DNA of 64,000 nt from Acidimicrobiales bacterium (lineage in GTDB: Bacteria > Actinomycetota > Acidimicrobiia > Acidimicrobiales > JAHWLA01), in NCBI GenBank assembly GCA_035536915.1, contig DATLNE010000020.1, forward strand, positions 15,044 through 79,043. The letters run 5' to 3'. This document shows, one piece after another, positions 52,441-62,121 of this stretch (positions within the stretch are counted from its first letter, which is position 1; each line of letters begins with the position of its first letter). A model generated the notes under the pieces. It was not told the origin of the DNA, did no database searches, and saw only the letters and a list, made by a program, of their open reading frames with translations. Position numbers and translations under genes: made by a program.

Positions 52441-53975
52441 GCCGGCCTGGTCCACGGCGTGGCCCGCACCATGCACCGGCAGAGTGTGTCGAACTTGCCG
52501 ACGGCGTAGTGGCTGGCGCCCGTGTGGCGCCCGTCGGCGAAGTCGGTGCCGAACACGCGTGGGGCCTGCCAGGCTCGGAGGGAACGTACGCCCGCCGCGA
52601 ACCTGGCCAGGTCGGCGCCGCCCCCCGCCGCGATTGCGTCGGTCCACAGGAAGAAGTGCTCGCAGGCGGTCTTCGTGCCGGTGCTCTGGTTGTTGGGGTT
52701 GTAGTAGTCCGCTCCCCGGAGCCGGGTCATCGTGTCGAGGCACCGCCGAAGGCCGGGTGCCAGGCGGTTGCGGTCCGTGTACGGCGACCGGTTGGCCGGG
52801 TTCCTCGTGTTGTCCTCGACGATGCAACCGTCGGGGTCGTTGCACACCGACACCGCCACCATGCCCTTGAGCTGGGTGTCGTGCATCGTCTGACCTGTCG
52901 TGGCCGTCGCTGCCAGGGTGTAGTAGTCGTTCACCGCGTAGCGATAGGTCGACTCCTGCGTCTGCGCCTGCTGTGTGAACGAGGCGAACTGGAGGTAGTT
53001 GCCGATGAAGATCACATGGGTGACGCCGGCCGAGGCGAACGTCGATTCCGCGTTCCTAATGCCGTCCTGGTCGTTTATTCCGGCGCGTGCCACCGCGGCA
53101 ACCGGCGTGCCCGCAGCCCGCAGCGAGGGTTCGAGGATGTTGCGGTAGGGCCCGTCCACCCGAGGCGTCTGGTCGAGGAAGACCCCGACCTTCGCCCCTG
53201 CGAGGTACCCGACCTCCTTGAGCTTGGGCGCCAGCGCCCTGAACTGGCTGTCGATCGTCGGGAACGTGGTCGTCACGTACGGCCGCGCCTTGAGGAGCGT
53301 CTCCTCCGCCAACGTCGAAGACAAGGTGATGATCGGCACCCGGTTGCGGGCGAAGCACTCCTGCCCGCCCGGCCCGTACACGTAGGTGTCGAGCACGTAG
53401 TGGGCCTTGAAGTCCTGAGCGATCTGGCTGCAGCGGCGGACCTGGCTGTCCTCGCTCATGAACTCGGCGAAGCTGAACTCGAACCCTCGGTACTCGATGC
53501 GGCGTCCCCCGATGCCGCCCTTGGCGTTGAGGTCGTCGAAGAGCGCCTTGAACTCCCGGTCCATCTTTGTCGAGTCTGTGGTCGGGTCCACGCCGCCGAC
53601 GGAGGCGCCGAGGCCCGCGAGGTTCACGTACGTGTAAGCCACGCGGATCGGGCCGGTCTCCGATGTGGCGCCACCGGGTCCCTGGGGGCCGCCACGCTGT
53701 GTCCCGCCGGGGCCGTTCGTGCTGGTGCCCCCGGTCCTCGCGCCTGGGCCCACCGCCCCAGGACCGCTTCCGTCCACCCCGGGGGCGCCGGGTTCGCCGA
53801 TCCCGTCGGGCCCCACCGCGCCGTCGCCTCCGAAACCGAGCTCCCCGCCGTCGCCGATGCCTCCCGCGGCAACGCCCGACAACTCGTCGTTGCGGATCGC
53901 CGACGTGACGCCGATGAGCGTGGCCAGGCTCAGCAGCGCCACGACCAATGAAAGAGCACGCTGCTTTGTCCTCAT
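52437..53975 (-). CDS. membrane-anchored putative solute-binding protein (type I periplasmic-binding-protein-like) with a long Gly/Pro-rich tether
   Basis: N-terminal TM span (ALSLVVALLSLATLIGV), then about 85 aa of low-complexity G/P sequence (53624..53879), then a ~390-aa alpha/beta-looking domain. The binding-protein role is inferred mostly from operon context. Confidence 0.5.
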   Translation of the reverse strand: MRTKQRALSLVVALLSLATLIGVTSAIRNDELSGVAAGGIGDGGELGFGGDGAVGPDGIGEPGAPGVDGSGPGAVGPGARTGGTSTNGPGGTQRGGPQGPGGATSETGPIRVAYTYVNLAGLGASVGGVDPTTDSTKMDREFKALFDDLNAKGGIGGRRIEYRGFEFSFAEFMSEDSQVRRCSQIAQDFKAHYVLDTYVYGPGGQECFARNRVPIITLSSTLAEETLLKARPYVTTTFPTIDSQFRALAPKLKEVGYLAGAKVGVFLDQTPRVDGPYRNILEPSLRAAGTPVAAVARAGINDQDGIRNAESTFASAGVTHVIFIGNYLQFASFTQQAQTQESTYRYAVNDYYTLAATATTGQTMHDTQLKGMVAVSVCNDPDGCIVEDNTRNPANRSPYTDRNRLAPGLRRCLDTMTRLRGADYYNPNNQSTGTKTACEHFFLWTDAIAAGGGADLARFAAGVRSLRAWQAPRVFGTDFADGRHTGASHYAVGKFDTLCRCMVRATPWTRPA

Positions 53976-54889
53976 GGCGTTGCCTCCTCTTCGTAGATCC
54001 GTCGCCGGAGGCGGGGCACGCCTCCGGACAGCAACCAGGCACCGAGTGCCGCGGTGCCGATACCAGCCGCAACGACCGCCCGGCCCACGCCGTCCGTCCC
54101 GATGCCGACGATGCGCCGCGGCCCCGCCGATCGATACGACGTCGGCGCCAGGGGGGTCCCGCTCGGCCCCGACGGCGCAGCGCCGTCAGCGGCACCAGTC
54201 GGCCCGAGGGTCGCCGACAGGTCGCCGTCGCCGCCGACCACCGTCGGACCGGGGAACAGCAGGGTCGTGGTAGTCGACGTCGACGTCGTCGTCGGCGTGC
54301 CCGCGACCAATGCCTGCTCGTCAGGACGCTCGAAGGCGATAGCGAACACGGCGGTGTCGCCTTCCACCGGCAACACGGCGATCTCCACTGCGTCGCCTTC
54401 GAGCGTGGCGAACGCTCCGATGTCGGGTATGGCAAAGACGACTTGGTCCGTGCTTACCGTGCCGTCGACGGGCTTTTCGCAGGCGACAGCCGGGCGCGTG
54501 GTCCACGATGCGTTGGCACCGGAATCCCACCCGCTGCGCAACGGACAGGCCACGACGCGGGACTGGGGCGGAGCGACCGAGTCGGCGACAGGGAGCGTCA
54601 GGGTGGCGGCGCCGGAAGCGGCTTCGAACCGCAAAGCCGACATGGCGCGAGCGCCCGTTGCATCGTTCTCCACGTACAAGCCCCCCTCGGGGACGGCCAG
54701 CGTCGGCCTCCGCGATTCGGGCGGGACTGTCACCAACGGCACGGGGAGGCCGGTGTCGACGACAGCCCGATGCCACCACGCAACGGTGACGGGGCTGGCG
54801 CCAGATGCGCTCCACGGCAGCGCGAGGGCGCCGACGCTGGCGAGGAAAGCGGCGGTGAACCCCAGCCGTCGGCGTTGTCGTTCGATCAC
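53972..54889 (-). CDS. exported, C-terminally membrane-anchored protein of unknown function
   Basis: The GTG at 54889 (GTGA overlap). Signal peptide (FTAAFLASVGALALPWSASGA), Thr/Ser-rich linker (TPTTTSTSTTTT), C-terminal TM span (AVVAAGIGTAALGAWLL) and a basic tail. Confidence 0.6.
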   Translation of the reverse strand: MIERQRRRLGFTAAFLASVGALALPWSASGASPVTVAWWHRAVVDTGLPVPLVTVPPESRRPTLAVPEGGLYVENDATGARAMSALRFEAASGAATLTLPVADSVAPPQSRVVACPLRSGWDSGANASWTTRPAVACEKPVDGTVSTDQVVFAIPDIGAFATLEGDAVEIAVLPVEGDTAVFAIAFERPDEQALVAGTPTTTSTSTTTTLLFPGPTVVGGDGDLSATLGPTGAADGAAPSGPSGTPLAPTSYRSAGPRRIVGIGTDGVGRAVVAAGIGTAALGAWLLSGGVPRLRRRIYEEEATP

Positions 54890-57879
54890 GTCTCACTCCT
54901 CGGGACAGCAGCCACTCGCGTGCGCTTCGGCCGTGGCGTAGGCCCACCGTTGGACGCCGAGGGCCTCTCCTCGAGGACGGCGCCCGATCGCTCCACGGCG
55001 CGGCGGTCGGTGCCGAGGTAGCTGGCGACGACGGCGGGATCCTGGATGACAGCCTGCGGCTCACCGGCGGCGATCACACGACCGGTCTCCATGGCGACGA
55101 TCTCGTCGCTGATGCCGAGCAACAACGGCATGTCGTGCTCGATCACCACGAACGTGGTGTCGAGCATCGACTTGAGGCGGCTCAGCAGCCCCCCGAGCGC
55201 CTCCGTCTCCCGCTGCGCGACACCGGAGGACGGCTCGTCGAGCAACACAAGTCGGGGGCGGAGGGCGATGATGGAGGCCAGGTCAGCGATTCGACGGGTG
55301 CCGGTGGACAGCTCGCCAACGGCCTTGTCCGCGTAGGCGCCGAGGCCCATCGTGTCGATGAGCTCGTCGGCACGGAGCGCCTTGCGTTCCTCCGCCTCGA
55401 CGGCAGAAGGCCAGGAGGTCAGCGTCGACAGCAGCCCCGTCGGGGCAATCCGCTCGCAGGCCAGGCGGAGGGTCTCCCTCACCGTGAGGGTGGGGAACAG
55501 CCGAGCGTCTTGGAAGGAGCGAACGAGCCCGAGCGCGGCCCGTTGCTCCGGGGCCGCCTTCGTGACGTCGACGCCGCCGAACAGCACAGTCCCAGCGTCG
55601 GCGGGCGTGAACCCCCCGATGAGCTCGAAAAGCGTCGTCTTCCCTGCCCCGTTGGCGCCGATGATCCCGACCGTCTGTCCGGCGCGGACGGTGATCGACA
55701 CTTGGTCGACGGCATGGATGCCGCCGAACGATTTCGACAGGGCTTTGGTCTCCAGCAGCGGGACGATGTCGGTCGCAACCGCGCGGGGGGCGACCTGCGC
55801 GCGTGCCGGGATGCCGGCGGCCGCGGAACTGATCTGCGTGACGGCATCGGTCTCCGGTGCCGGTGCTTCCAGCGGGACCGGTCCGGCCAGCCGTCCGAGG
55901 AGGCGGTCGCGCAGCGGCTTTACCGCTTGTGCCAATCCTCCCGGGAAGTACAGGAGCAGGATCATCCAGCCGAACGTCGACACCGCGAGGCCCACGGCGT
56001 CGAGGTCCACCAGCGCAGGCAATGCGGTGAGGTACAGCGCCCCCAGCAGCGGGCCGACCATGATCGCCAGTCCCCCGATGAGGGCGATGGCGACCGCGGT
56101 GATGCTCCGCGAAGCGGCGAAGGTGTCCGGGTTGAGGCGCGGCAGGGCATGGGCGTAGACCGCGCCACCGAGCCCGGCCAGGAACCCGGCGAACGCGAAG
56201 GCCTCCAGCTTTCGACGGGTGGACGGCACGGCAAAGGCGCGTGCCCCGTCCTCGTTGTCGCGCAGGCCGCGGAGCGCCCGGGCGTAGCCGCCGCGGTTGA
56301 GGTTCCGCACGAGCCACAGCGCCCCGGCCAGGAACGGGAGCGTGAACACGAAGTACCCGCGCGCCGTCGGCACCCGTTCGTCGATGAAGACGAGCTGCGC
56401 CGGGTCCAGCCCGAGCCCGACCGCCCAAGGCTGAGGCATCACCCATGCCTGGATGGCGACGGCAAAGCTCAGGGTGGTCACGCCGAGCATGAGCCCGCGG
56501 ATGCGCAGGGCCGGGATACCGATCAGCACGCACACCAATGAGCCCGCAAGGCCGCCCACCAGGAAGCCCACAGGAAAGCTGCGGAAGACCTCGTTCACAA
56601 AGTGCACCGAGACCACGGCCCCCACGGCGGCCACCGCGAACTGCCCGAGCGAAAGCTCCCCGCCCATGCCGGTGATCACGTAGATCGACAGGCCCACGAT
56701 GGTGAATGCCACGACGAGGGTGAAGGCGAAGGCCGCCTGGTTCGAGCTGAGGGCCACAGCAAGAAAGAGCGCCGTCGCCAGGCCCATCGACGCGGGCGTC
56801 ACCGCGCGGACCGCAGGAATCCGACGCCACGCCGCCGGGAGCGCGGGCCACGGCCGGGCCGTCGCCCAGTCCTCAGCGCGGCGAGCTCGGCCGCTGTCGC
56901 GGCTCTGCAGGACGAGCACGACCAGGAGGATGACGAAGAGGATGACCTCGGTGGGACCGCTTCCGTCCGTGTTGAACCGCCCGACTTGGTCGATGATGCC
57001 GACGACCACGCCGAAGGCCAACGCCACCGGCAGGCTTCGCAGGCGGGCCACGATCGCCGGGAGGAGCGCACGAACGAGCAGGGCCGGGCCGAGGGAGGCT
57101 CCTCCGATCATGAAGCCCTTTTCGGGGAACTGGAGCACTGCCACCAAGGCGGAGGCCGCACCGGCGAGGCCCCACGCCACCGACGACATCCGGTTGGCGG
57201 GGATGGCGTCCAGCAGTGCCGCATCGCGGTTCTCGGCAGAGGCGCGAAGGGCGACCCCGAAGCGGGTGCGGCTCAGGAACAACGCCAGCGCAACGACGAC
57301 AAGAGGCGTGAGCACGAGCATTGCCGTGTACTCGGGCGTCACCCGGAGCGTGCCCACGGTGAAGGCCGGAAACCACGGCGGGCGCGGGTAGAGCGCTCCG
57401 TTGCGGATCTTCGTGTTCACCGCGCTCGACACCAGCAGGAAGAACTCGGCCGCGCCGAGGGTCATGACCAAGCTCATCACCCGAGGCACCTTGCGGAGCC
57501 GGCGCACGGCAATGACCTCGACGCTCATGTTCGCCGCCGCCCCCACGGCCATGGCCACGGGGAACATCAACCAGTACGGAATGCCCAACCCGCCGAGGTT
57601 CCCGCCGACCACCCAGATTCCGAAAAACGAGGCGGCGAGGGTGCCGACCTCGGCGTGAGCGAAGTTGAGGACGCCGCTCGTGCGGTGGACAAGGACGAGC
57701 CCGACGGCGAGCAGCCCGTACGTGAGCCCGACGATCACGCCCAGCACCACAACGGCGAGGGGCACGCTGAAGTCGTCGACCAGGACGGCCCCGCCGAGGA
57801 ACAGCGTGAGGAGGGTGACCCCCGCGAAGGCCAGCGGTTCCCGCTGCGCCCGGATCGCGTACAAGAGGCCGGCGCTCAC
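54886..57879 (-). CDS. triple fusion: LivH-like permease + LivM-like permease + LivG-like ABC ATPase (HAAT family)
   Basis: Two successive branched-chain-type permease domains, a linker, then an ATPase (LLETKALSKSFGGIHAVDQVS, Walker A GANGAGKTT, signature LSTGTRR, Walker B LVLLDEPSSGV). I chose the GTG start at 57879. The track start at 57999 is possible. Confidence 0.85.
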   Translation of the reverse strand: MSAGLLYAIRAQREPLAFAGVTLLTLFLGGAVLVDDFSVPLAVVVLGVIVGLTYGLLAVGLVLVHRTSGVLNFAHAEVGTLAASFFGIWVVGGNLGGLGIPYWLMFPVAMAVGAAANMSVEVIAVRRLRKVPRVMSLVMTLGAAEFFLLVSSAVNTKIRNGALYPRPPWFPAFTVGTLRVTPEYTAMLVLTPLVVVALALFLSRTRFGVALRASAENRDAALLDAIPANRMSSVAWGLAGAASALVAVLQFPEKGFMIGGASLGPALLVRALLPAIVARLRSLPVALAFGVVVGIIDQVGRFNTDGSGPTEVILFVILLVVLVLQSRDSGRARRAEDWATARPWPALPAAWRRIPAVRAVTPASMGLATALFLAVALSSNQAAFAFTLVVAFTIVGLSIYVITGMGGELSLGQFAVAAVGAVVSVHFVNEVFRSFPVGFLVGGLAGSLVCVLIGIPALRIRGLMLGVTTLSFAVAIQAWVMPQPWAVGLGLDPAQLVFIDERVPTARGYFVFTLPFLAGALWLVRNLNRGGYARALRGLRDNEDGARAFAVPSTRRKLEAFAFAGFLAGLGGAVYAHALPRLNPDTFAASRSITAVAIALIGGLAIMVGPLLGALYLTALPALVDLDAVGLAVSTFGWMILLLYFPGGLAQAVKPLRDRLLGRLAGPVPLEAPAPETDAVTQISSAAAGIPARAQVAPRAVATDIVPLLETKALSKSFGGIHAVDQVSITVRAGQTVGIIGANGAGKTTLFELIGGFTPADAGTVLFGGVDVTKAAPEQRAALGLVRSFQDARLFPTLTVRETLRLACERIAPTGLLSTLTSWPSAVEAEERKALRADELIDTMGLGAYADKAVGELSTGTRRIADLASIIALRPRLVLLDEPSSGVAQRETEALGGLLSRLKSMLDTTFVVIEHDMPLLLGISDEIVAMETGRVIAAGEPQAVIQDPAVVASYLGTDRRAVERSGAVLEERPSASNGGPTPRPKRTRVAAVPRSET

Positions 57880-58049
57880 TGCGGTGGCGCGCCCACGACT
57901 GGGGGTGCAACCAGCTGCGTCCGGGGAGATCTCGCCATCGTCGGTCCTGTGTCTGGAGGTCGGTGGTCGTCGTCTGCAACTCCCGGGCGTCCCGCACACC
58001 GAGACCGACCGTCGGGCCGAATGCCCGCTCCCCCAGCCGTGTGTTGCTC

Positions 58050-58063
58050 TGACAACGTTGTCT
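58050..58063. promoter_or_regulatory. LacI-type operator copy f (TGACAACGTTGTCT)
   Basis: It lies in the ~200-320 bp divergent gap between the ABC operon (-) and the oxidoreductase/esterase operon (+). Confidence 0.65.
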
Positions 58064-58141
58064 TTCTGTGCTTAGCGTATGGCCGGCCACCACCCGTGTC
58101 AATGGACTCTTCACCAGGTTTTCTGTTTGGGTCAGAACTAT

Positions 58142-58155
58142 TGACAACGTAAGAC
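58142..58155. promoter_or_regulatory. operator-like half-palindrome copy g (TGACAACGTAAGAC)
   Basis: It lies 43 nt upstream of the GTG at 58198. The left half is perfect and the right half is the same variant (AGAC) as copy b. Confidence 0.5.
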
Positions 58156-58197
58156 AAAGGGTGGACGCTGCGTCGCACAGCAAGCAGAGGAGATCAG

Positions 58198-59166
58198 GTG
58201 AGGACTGTCATCTGCCGGAGGCTCGGCCCCGTCGACGAGCTTGAGATTGTCGAGCGCGAGGAACCCGATCCCCGGCCCGGCCAGGCTGTCGTTGCCGTTC
58301 GCGCCGCCGGGATCAGCTTCGTGGAATCACTCTTCGTACAGGGGCTGTACCAGGTGAAGCCGCCGCTGCCGTTCCATCCCGGGACCATCGCCGCCGGCGT
58401 CGTCGCCGCAGTCGGCGAGGGCGTCGGGCCGGAACTGGTGGGGCGGCGCGTGCTCGGCCGCGTCCAGGGCGCATGGTCGACGGCCGCTGTGGCGGAGGCG
58501 TCCCAGCTCCTGCCCCTTCCCGACGAAATCGACTTCGACGTGGCCGCCTCCATGGTCGAGAGCTACTGCACGGCGCTGTACGGACTGATGCGACGCGACA
58601 CCGTCGAGCCGGGCGAGCGCGTGCTGGTGCTCGGAGCGGGCGGCAGCGTCGGGCTGGCCATGATCGACGTCGCCCGCTACCAGGGCGCAGAGGTCGTCGC
58701 CGCCGCGTCGAGCGAGGAGAAGCTCGCCGCGGCGCGCCACGCAGGTGCCGTCGAGCTCCTCGACAGCCGCGACGCCGACGCCGTGGCGGGACTCCGGGGC
58801 GACGGGGGCGACGGCGTCGACATCGTGGTCGATCCCGTCGGCGGCACGCTGGCATCGACAGCGCTGCGCGTCCTGCGCCCGTTCGGCCGCTACCACGTCG
58901 TCGGCTTTGCTTCCGGCGACATCCCGTCCCTGCCCGCCAACCGCGTGCTGCTCCGCAACCGGTCGGTCATCGGCGTCGATTGGGGCGACTTCATGCGCGG
59001 CGACCCCGACGGCGACCGTGCCCTCATGCTCGAGCTGATCTCGCTCGTCGCCTCGGGCGCCCTGCGCCCTCCGCCGCCGACGCCGTACCCGCTCGACGAG
59101 ATCGCCAAGGCCCTTCGCTCGTTCTCGGAGCGAGCGGTGGTCGGCCGCCTGGTGGTGAACCCGTGA
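58198..59166 (+). CDS. NADPH:quinone oxidoreductase / zeta-crystallin-like MDR protein
   Basis: The GTG at 58198 has AGAGGAG upstream. Rossmann motif [15 protein letters not shown]. It lacks the zinc ligand pattern of classical ADHs. Confidence 0.85.
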   Translation: MRTVICRRLGPVDELEIVEREEPDPRPGQAVVAVRAAGISFVESLFVQGLYQVKPPLPFHPGTIAAGVVAAVGEGVGPELVGRRVLGRVQGAWSTAAVAEASQLLPLPDEIDFDVAASMVESYCTALYGLMRRDTVEPGERVLVLGAGGSVGLAMIDVARYQGAEVVAAASSEEKLAAARHAGAVELLDSRDADAVAGLRGDGGDGVDIVVDPVGGTLASTALRVLRPFGRYHVVGFASGDIPSLPANRVLLRNRSVIGVDWGDFMRGDPDGDRALMLELISLVASGALRPPPPTPYPLDEIAKALRSFSERAVVGRLVVNP

Positions 59167-59621
59167 GCCGCCGCGACGCAGTGCGCATGTCGGACGAGGA
59201 GATCGACTCGTTCCTCTCCGAACGCCACGTGATGAACGTGGCGACCATGCGGGGCGACGGCCGCATCCACCTCGTGGCCATGTGGTACGGCTTCGTCGAC
59301 GACAAGCCCGCGTTCTGGACGTACGGTCGGTCGCAGAAGATCGCCAACCTGCAGCGCGACCCCCGCATCACGTGCCTGGTCGAGGACGGGGAACAGTACG
59401 ACGAGCTTCGTGGCGTCGAGCTGTCCGGTGCCGCCCGCGTCGTCGACGACCGCGACACGGTCCTCGCTGTGGGGCGGAGCGTGTACGAGCGCTACACCGC
59501 CCCCTACGACGAATCCGTGCTCCCGCAGCTGGAATACGCGGCGGCGAAGCGGGTGGCCGTGGTGATCGACGTCGAGAACATCACCTCGTGGGACCACCGG
59601 AAGCTGGGAGGCACGTACTGA
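59163..59621 (+). CDS. PPOX-class (pyridoxamine 5'-phosphate oxidase fold) F420/FMN-dependent protein
   Basis: GTGA overlap with the upstream stop. [34 protein letters not shown] is a typical split-barrel opening. The start may instead be the ATG at 59187. Confidence 0.75.
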   Translation: MSRRDAVRMSDEEIDSFLSERHVMNVATMRGDGRIHLVAMWYGFVDDKPAFWTYGRSQKIANLQRDPRITCLVEDGEQYDELRGVELSGAARVVDDRDTVLAVGRSVYERYTAPYDESVLPQLEYAAAKRVAVVIDVENITSWDHRKLGGTY

Positions 59622-61144
59622 TGGATGTTGTGCTCACCACGACGTCAGGGCGTGTCCGCGGCGTAAGGGAAGGCGATGTCGTGGCTTTCCGCGGCATCCC
59701 CTACGCGGCACCGCCTGTCGGCACGTCGCGCTTCCGCCCCCCGGCGCCGCCCGAGCAGTGGGACGGCGTCCGCGATGCTTCGGCCTTCGGGGCGGTCGTC
59801 CCGCAGACGAAGCTCGAGGGCGTGCTGGGGGAGCTGTTCTGCCCGACGGTGGGCGCGGGCGACGACGCCCTGAACCTCAACGTGTGGACGCCAGACGCCG
59901 GAAGAGCGGGGCTCCCGGTCCTCGTCTGGGTGCACGGCGGCGCGTTCACCATCGGTGCCGGGAGCGAACCGTGGTACGACGGCGCCACGTTCGCCCGCGA
60001 CGGCGTCGTCTGCGTCACGTTCAACTACCGCGTCGGTGCAGCCGGGTTCCTTTTCACCGAAGGCGAAGGCGCCGGGAACTGGGGCCTGCTCGACCAAGTG
60101 GCCGCCCTCCGATGGGTGCAGGAGAACATCGCCGCCTTCGGCGGTGACCCCGGCAACGTGACGATCGCCGGACAGTCCGCAGGCGGCATGAGCATCGGCC
60201 TTCTGCTCGGTGCCCCGTCCACACGCGGCCTGTTTCGCCGGGCCATCCTCCAAAGTGGGGCGGCCGGCCATGGCATCCCCGCCGAGTACGCCGAACGCGT
60301 GGCCGTGGCGTTTTGCGGCCGTGCAGGCGTCGAGGTCGGCGACATCGACGGCCTCCAATCGTTGACGAGCGAGCGGGTGCTGGAGGTGCAGGCTGCACTG
60401 GCGGAGGAGATCGTCACGGAGAACGACGTGGAGCGGTGGGGCCCCGAGATCGTCCTCAGCCGCCTGCCCTTCCAGCCCCTCGTCGGACGCGACTTCATCC
60501 CCCGGCGCTCGATGACGGCCATCACCGACGGAGCGGCAGCCGGCGTCGACATCGTGGTCGGCCACACCAAAGACGAGTTCCAGCTCTTCTACGCGTTGGA
60601 GCCGATGCTGGTGGCCTTGGCCGAGATGGGCCTCGACGTGGTCGCGCCGACGTACCAACTGGCCTTCGGCGACCGGGCCGACGAGGCCTTGGACCTCTAC
60701 CGTCGGAACCGACCGGATGCAGGGCCTGCGGAGCTCATGGCCGCGGTCGAGAGCGACCGCATGTTCCACGTGCCCGCGGTGCGGCTGGCGAACGCCCAGG
60801 CCGACCACGCTCGCGTCTTCGCCTACCGGCTTTCCTGGCCCTCCCGAGCCTTCGAAGGTCGTATCGGCGCCGCCCACGCCCTCGACCTCCCCTTCACGTG
60901 GGGCAACCTGGACCAGCCGCGCGCCGTCATGTTGGCCGGTCCCAACCCACCGCAGCGGCTGGCGGACGAGATGCACGGGGCGTGGGTGGCGTTCGCGGCC
61001 ACGGGAGATCCGAACCACTCGGCGCTGCCGTCGTGGCCGGTGTACGAACCCGACAAGCGCCCCGTGATGGACTTCGGAGAGACAACCGAGGTGGTGCTCG
61101 ACCCGGCTGCGGACGAGGTCGCCTTGTGGGAGTCCCGCACATGA
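59621..61144 (+). CDS. carboxylesterase type B (para-nitrobenzyl-esterase-like)
   Basis: The ATG at 59621 (TGATG junction) gives [15 protein letters not shown]...[10 protein letters not shown]. The oxyanion motif VWVHGGAF and the nucleophile GQSAGG are present. Confidence 0.9.
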   Translation: MDVVLTTTSGRVRGVREGDVVAFRGIPYAAPPVGTSRFRPPAPPEQWDGVRDASAFGAVVPQTKLEGVLGELFCPTVGAGDDALNLNVWTPDAGRAGLPVLVWVHGGAFTIGAGSEPWYDGATFARDGVVCVTFNYRVGAAGFLFTEGEGAGNWGLLDQVAALRWVQENIAAFGGDPGNVTIAGQSAGGMSIGLLLGAPSTRGLFRRAILQSGAAGHGIPAEYAERVAVAFCGRAGVEVGDIDGLQSLTSERVLEVQAALAEEIVTENDVERWGPEIVLSRLPFQPLVGRDFIPRRSMTAITDGAAAGVDIVVGHTKDEFQLFYALEPMLVALAEMGLDVVAPTYQLAFGDRADEALDLYRRNRPDAGPAELMAAVESDRMFHVPAVRLANAQADHARVFAYRLSWPSRAFEGRIGAAHALDLPFTWGNLDQPRAVMLAGPNPPQRLADEMHGAWVAFAATGDPNHSALPSWPVYEPDKRPVMDFGETTEVVLDPAADEVALWESRT

Positions 61145-62121
61145 CTCTTCGGCTGTGGCCCGACGAGCTGGAGGCGGTACGCGACGAGGCGCGGGTGGCG
61201 GTGGGTGCCATGCTCCGCGGCGCACTCGGCGCCGCCCCCCCGATCCCTCCCGGCCTGTCGCCCGAGGCTCGGGTGGCGGAGCAGCGCGCCCGCATGGCGG
61301 CCTTCATGCCCGACGACACGCCAGGCGTGGCCGACCGCGAGATCGAGGGTGTCCCTTGTCGCATCGCCACCCCTGACGGGCCGGCGAAGGCGGTGTACGT
61401 GCACTTCCACGGCGGGGGCATGGTTTCCGGCGGCGCCCGAATGAGCGACGTGGCCAATCGCACACTGGCGCAGACGCACGGCCTCGTGGTGGTGTCGGTC
61501 GACTACCGCTTGGCGCCCGAGCACCCGTGGCCGGCCGGCCCCGACGACGGTGTCAGTGTCGCCGCCTGGCTGCTCGACCACTGCGATTCCGAGTGGGGTA
61601 CCGATGCGTTGCTCGTCGGGGGCGAGTCGGCGGGTGCCTACATGGCGGCGGTCGTCCTCATGGCGATCCGCGACGAGCTCGATGCGGTCGACCGTGTGCT
61701 CGGCGCCAACCTCGTGTTCGGCCTGTTCGACTGGGGCCGGTCGCCGTCGGCGCGAGGCGCCCGTTCCGGCGACGCCATCGACCTGCTCGATCCCGAAGAG
61801 ATCGCTTTCTACGCGGACGCCTTTCTTCCCGGCTGCACCGACGAGGAGCGGCGCCATCCGACGATTTCGCCGGTGTACGCCGACCTGCGCGAACTTCCTC
61901 CCGCGCTCCTGAGCGTCGGTTCCGCCGACCACCTGCTCGACGACACCCTGCTGATGGCGACGCGCCTGGCCGCGGCGGGATGCGAGGTCGACCTCTTTGT
62001 CGCCCCCGACATGCCGCACGGCTTCATGGCCTTCCCCTCGGCGATGGTCGACGCGTGGGAGAAACGAACGGAGGCGTGGTTTAGCCGCCGACTGGCTGCA
62101 GTCGAACCGCCCCTGCGGTGA
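61141..62121 (+). CDS. alpha/beta hydrolase, hormone-sensitive-lipase (family IV esterase) type
   Basis: ATGA overlap. HGGG oxyanion motif (VHFHGGGM), nucleophile GESAGA, and C-terminal DxL/His (PDMPHGF). Confidence 0.85.
   Translation: MTLRLWPDELEAVRDEARVAVGAMLRGALGAAPPIPPGLSPEARVAEQRARMAAFMPDDTPGVADREIEGVPCRIATPDGPAKAVYVHFHGGGMVSGGARMSDVANRTLAQTHGLVVVSVDYRLAPEHPWPAGPDDGVSVAAWLLDHCDSEWGTDALLVGGESAGAYMAAVVLMAIRDELDAVDRVLGANLVFGLFDWGRSPSARGARSGDAIDLLDPEEIAFYADAFLPGCTDEERRHPTISPVYADLRELPPALLSVGSADHLLDDTLLMATRLAAAGCEVDLFVAPDMPHGFMAFPSAMVDAWEKRTEAWFSRRLAAVEPPLR

Noticed and set aside
58079-58144. A 21-codon ORF (MAGHHPCQWTLHQVFCLGQNY) between the two operator copies f and g
   Set aside because: It has no ribosome-binding site, no conservation evidence is available, and its length is within chance expectation for the less GC-rich intergenic stretch.
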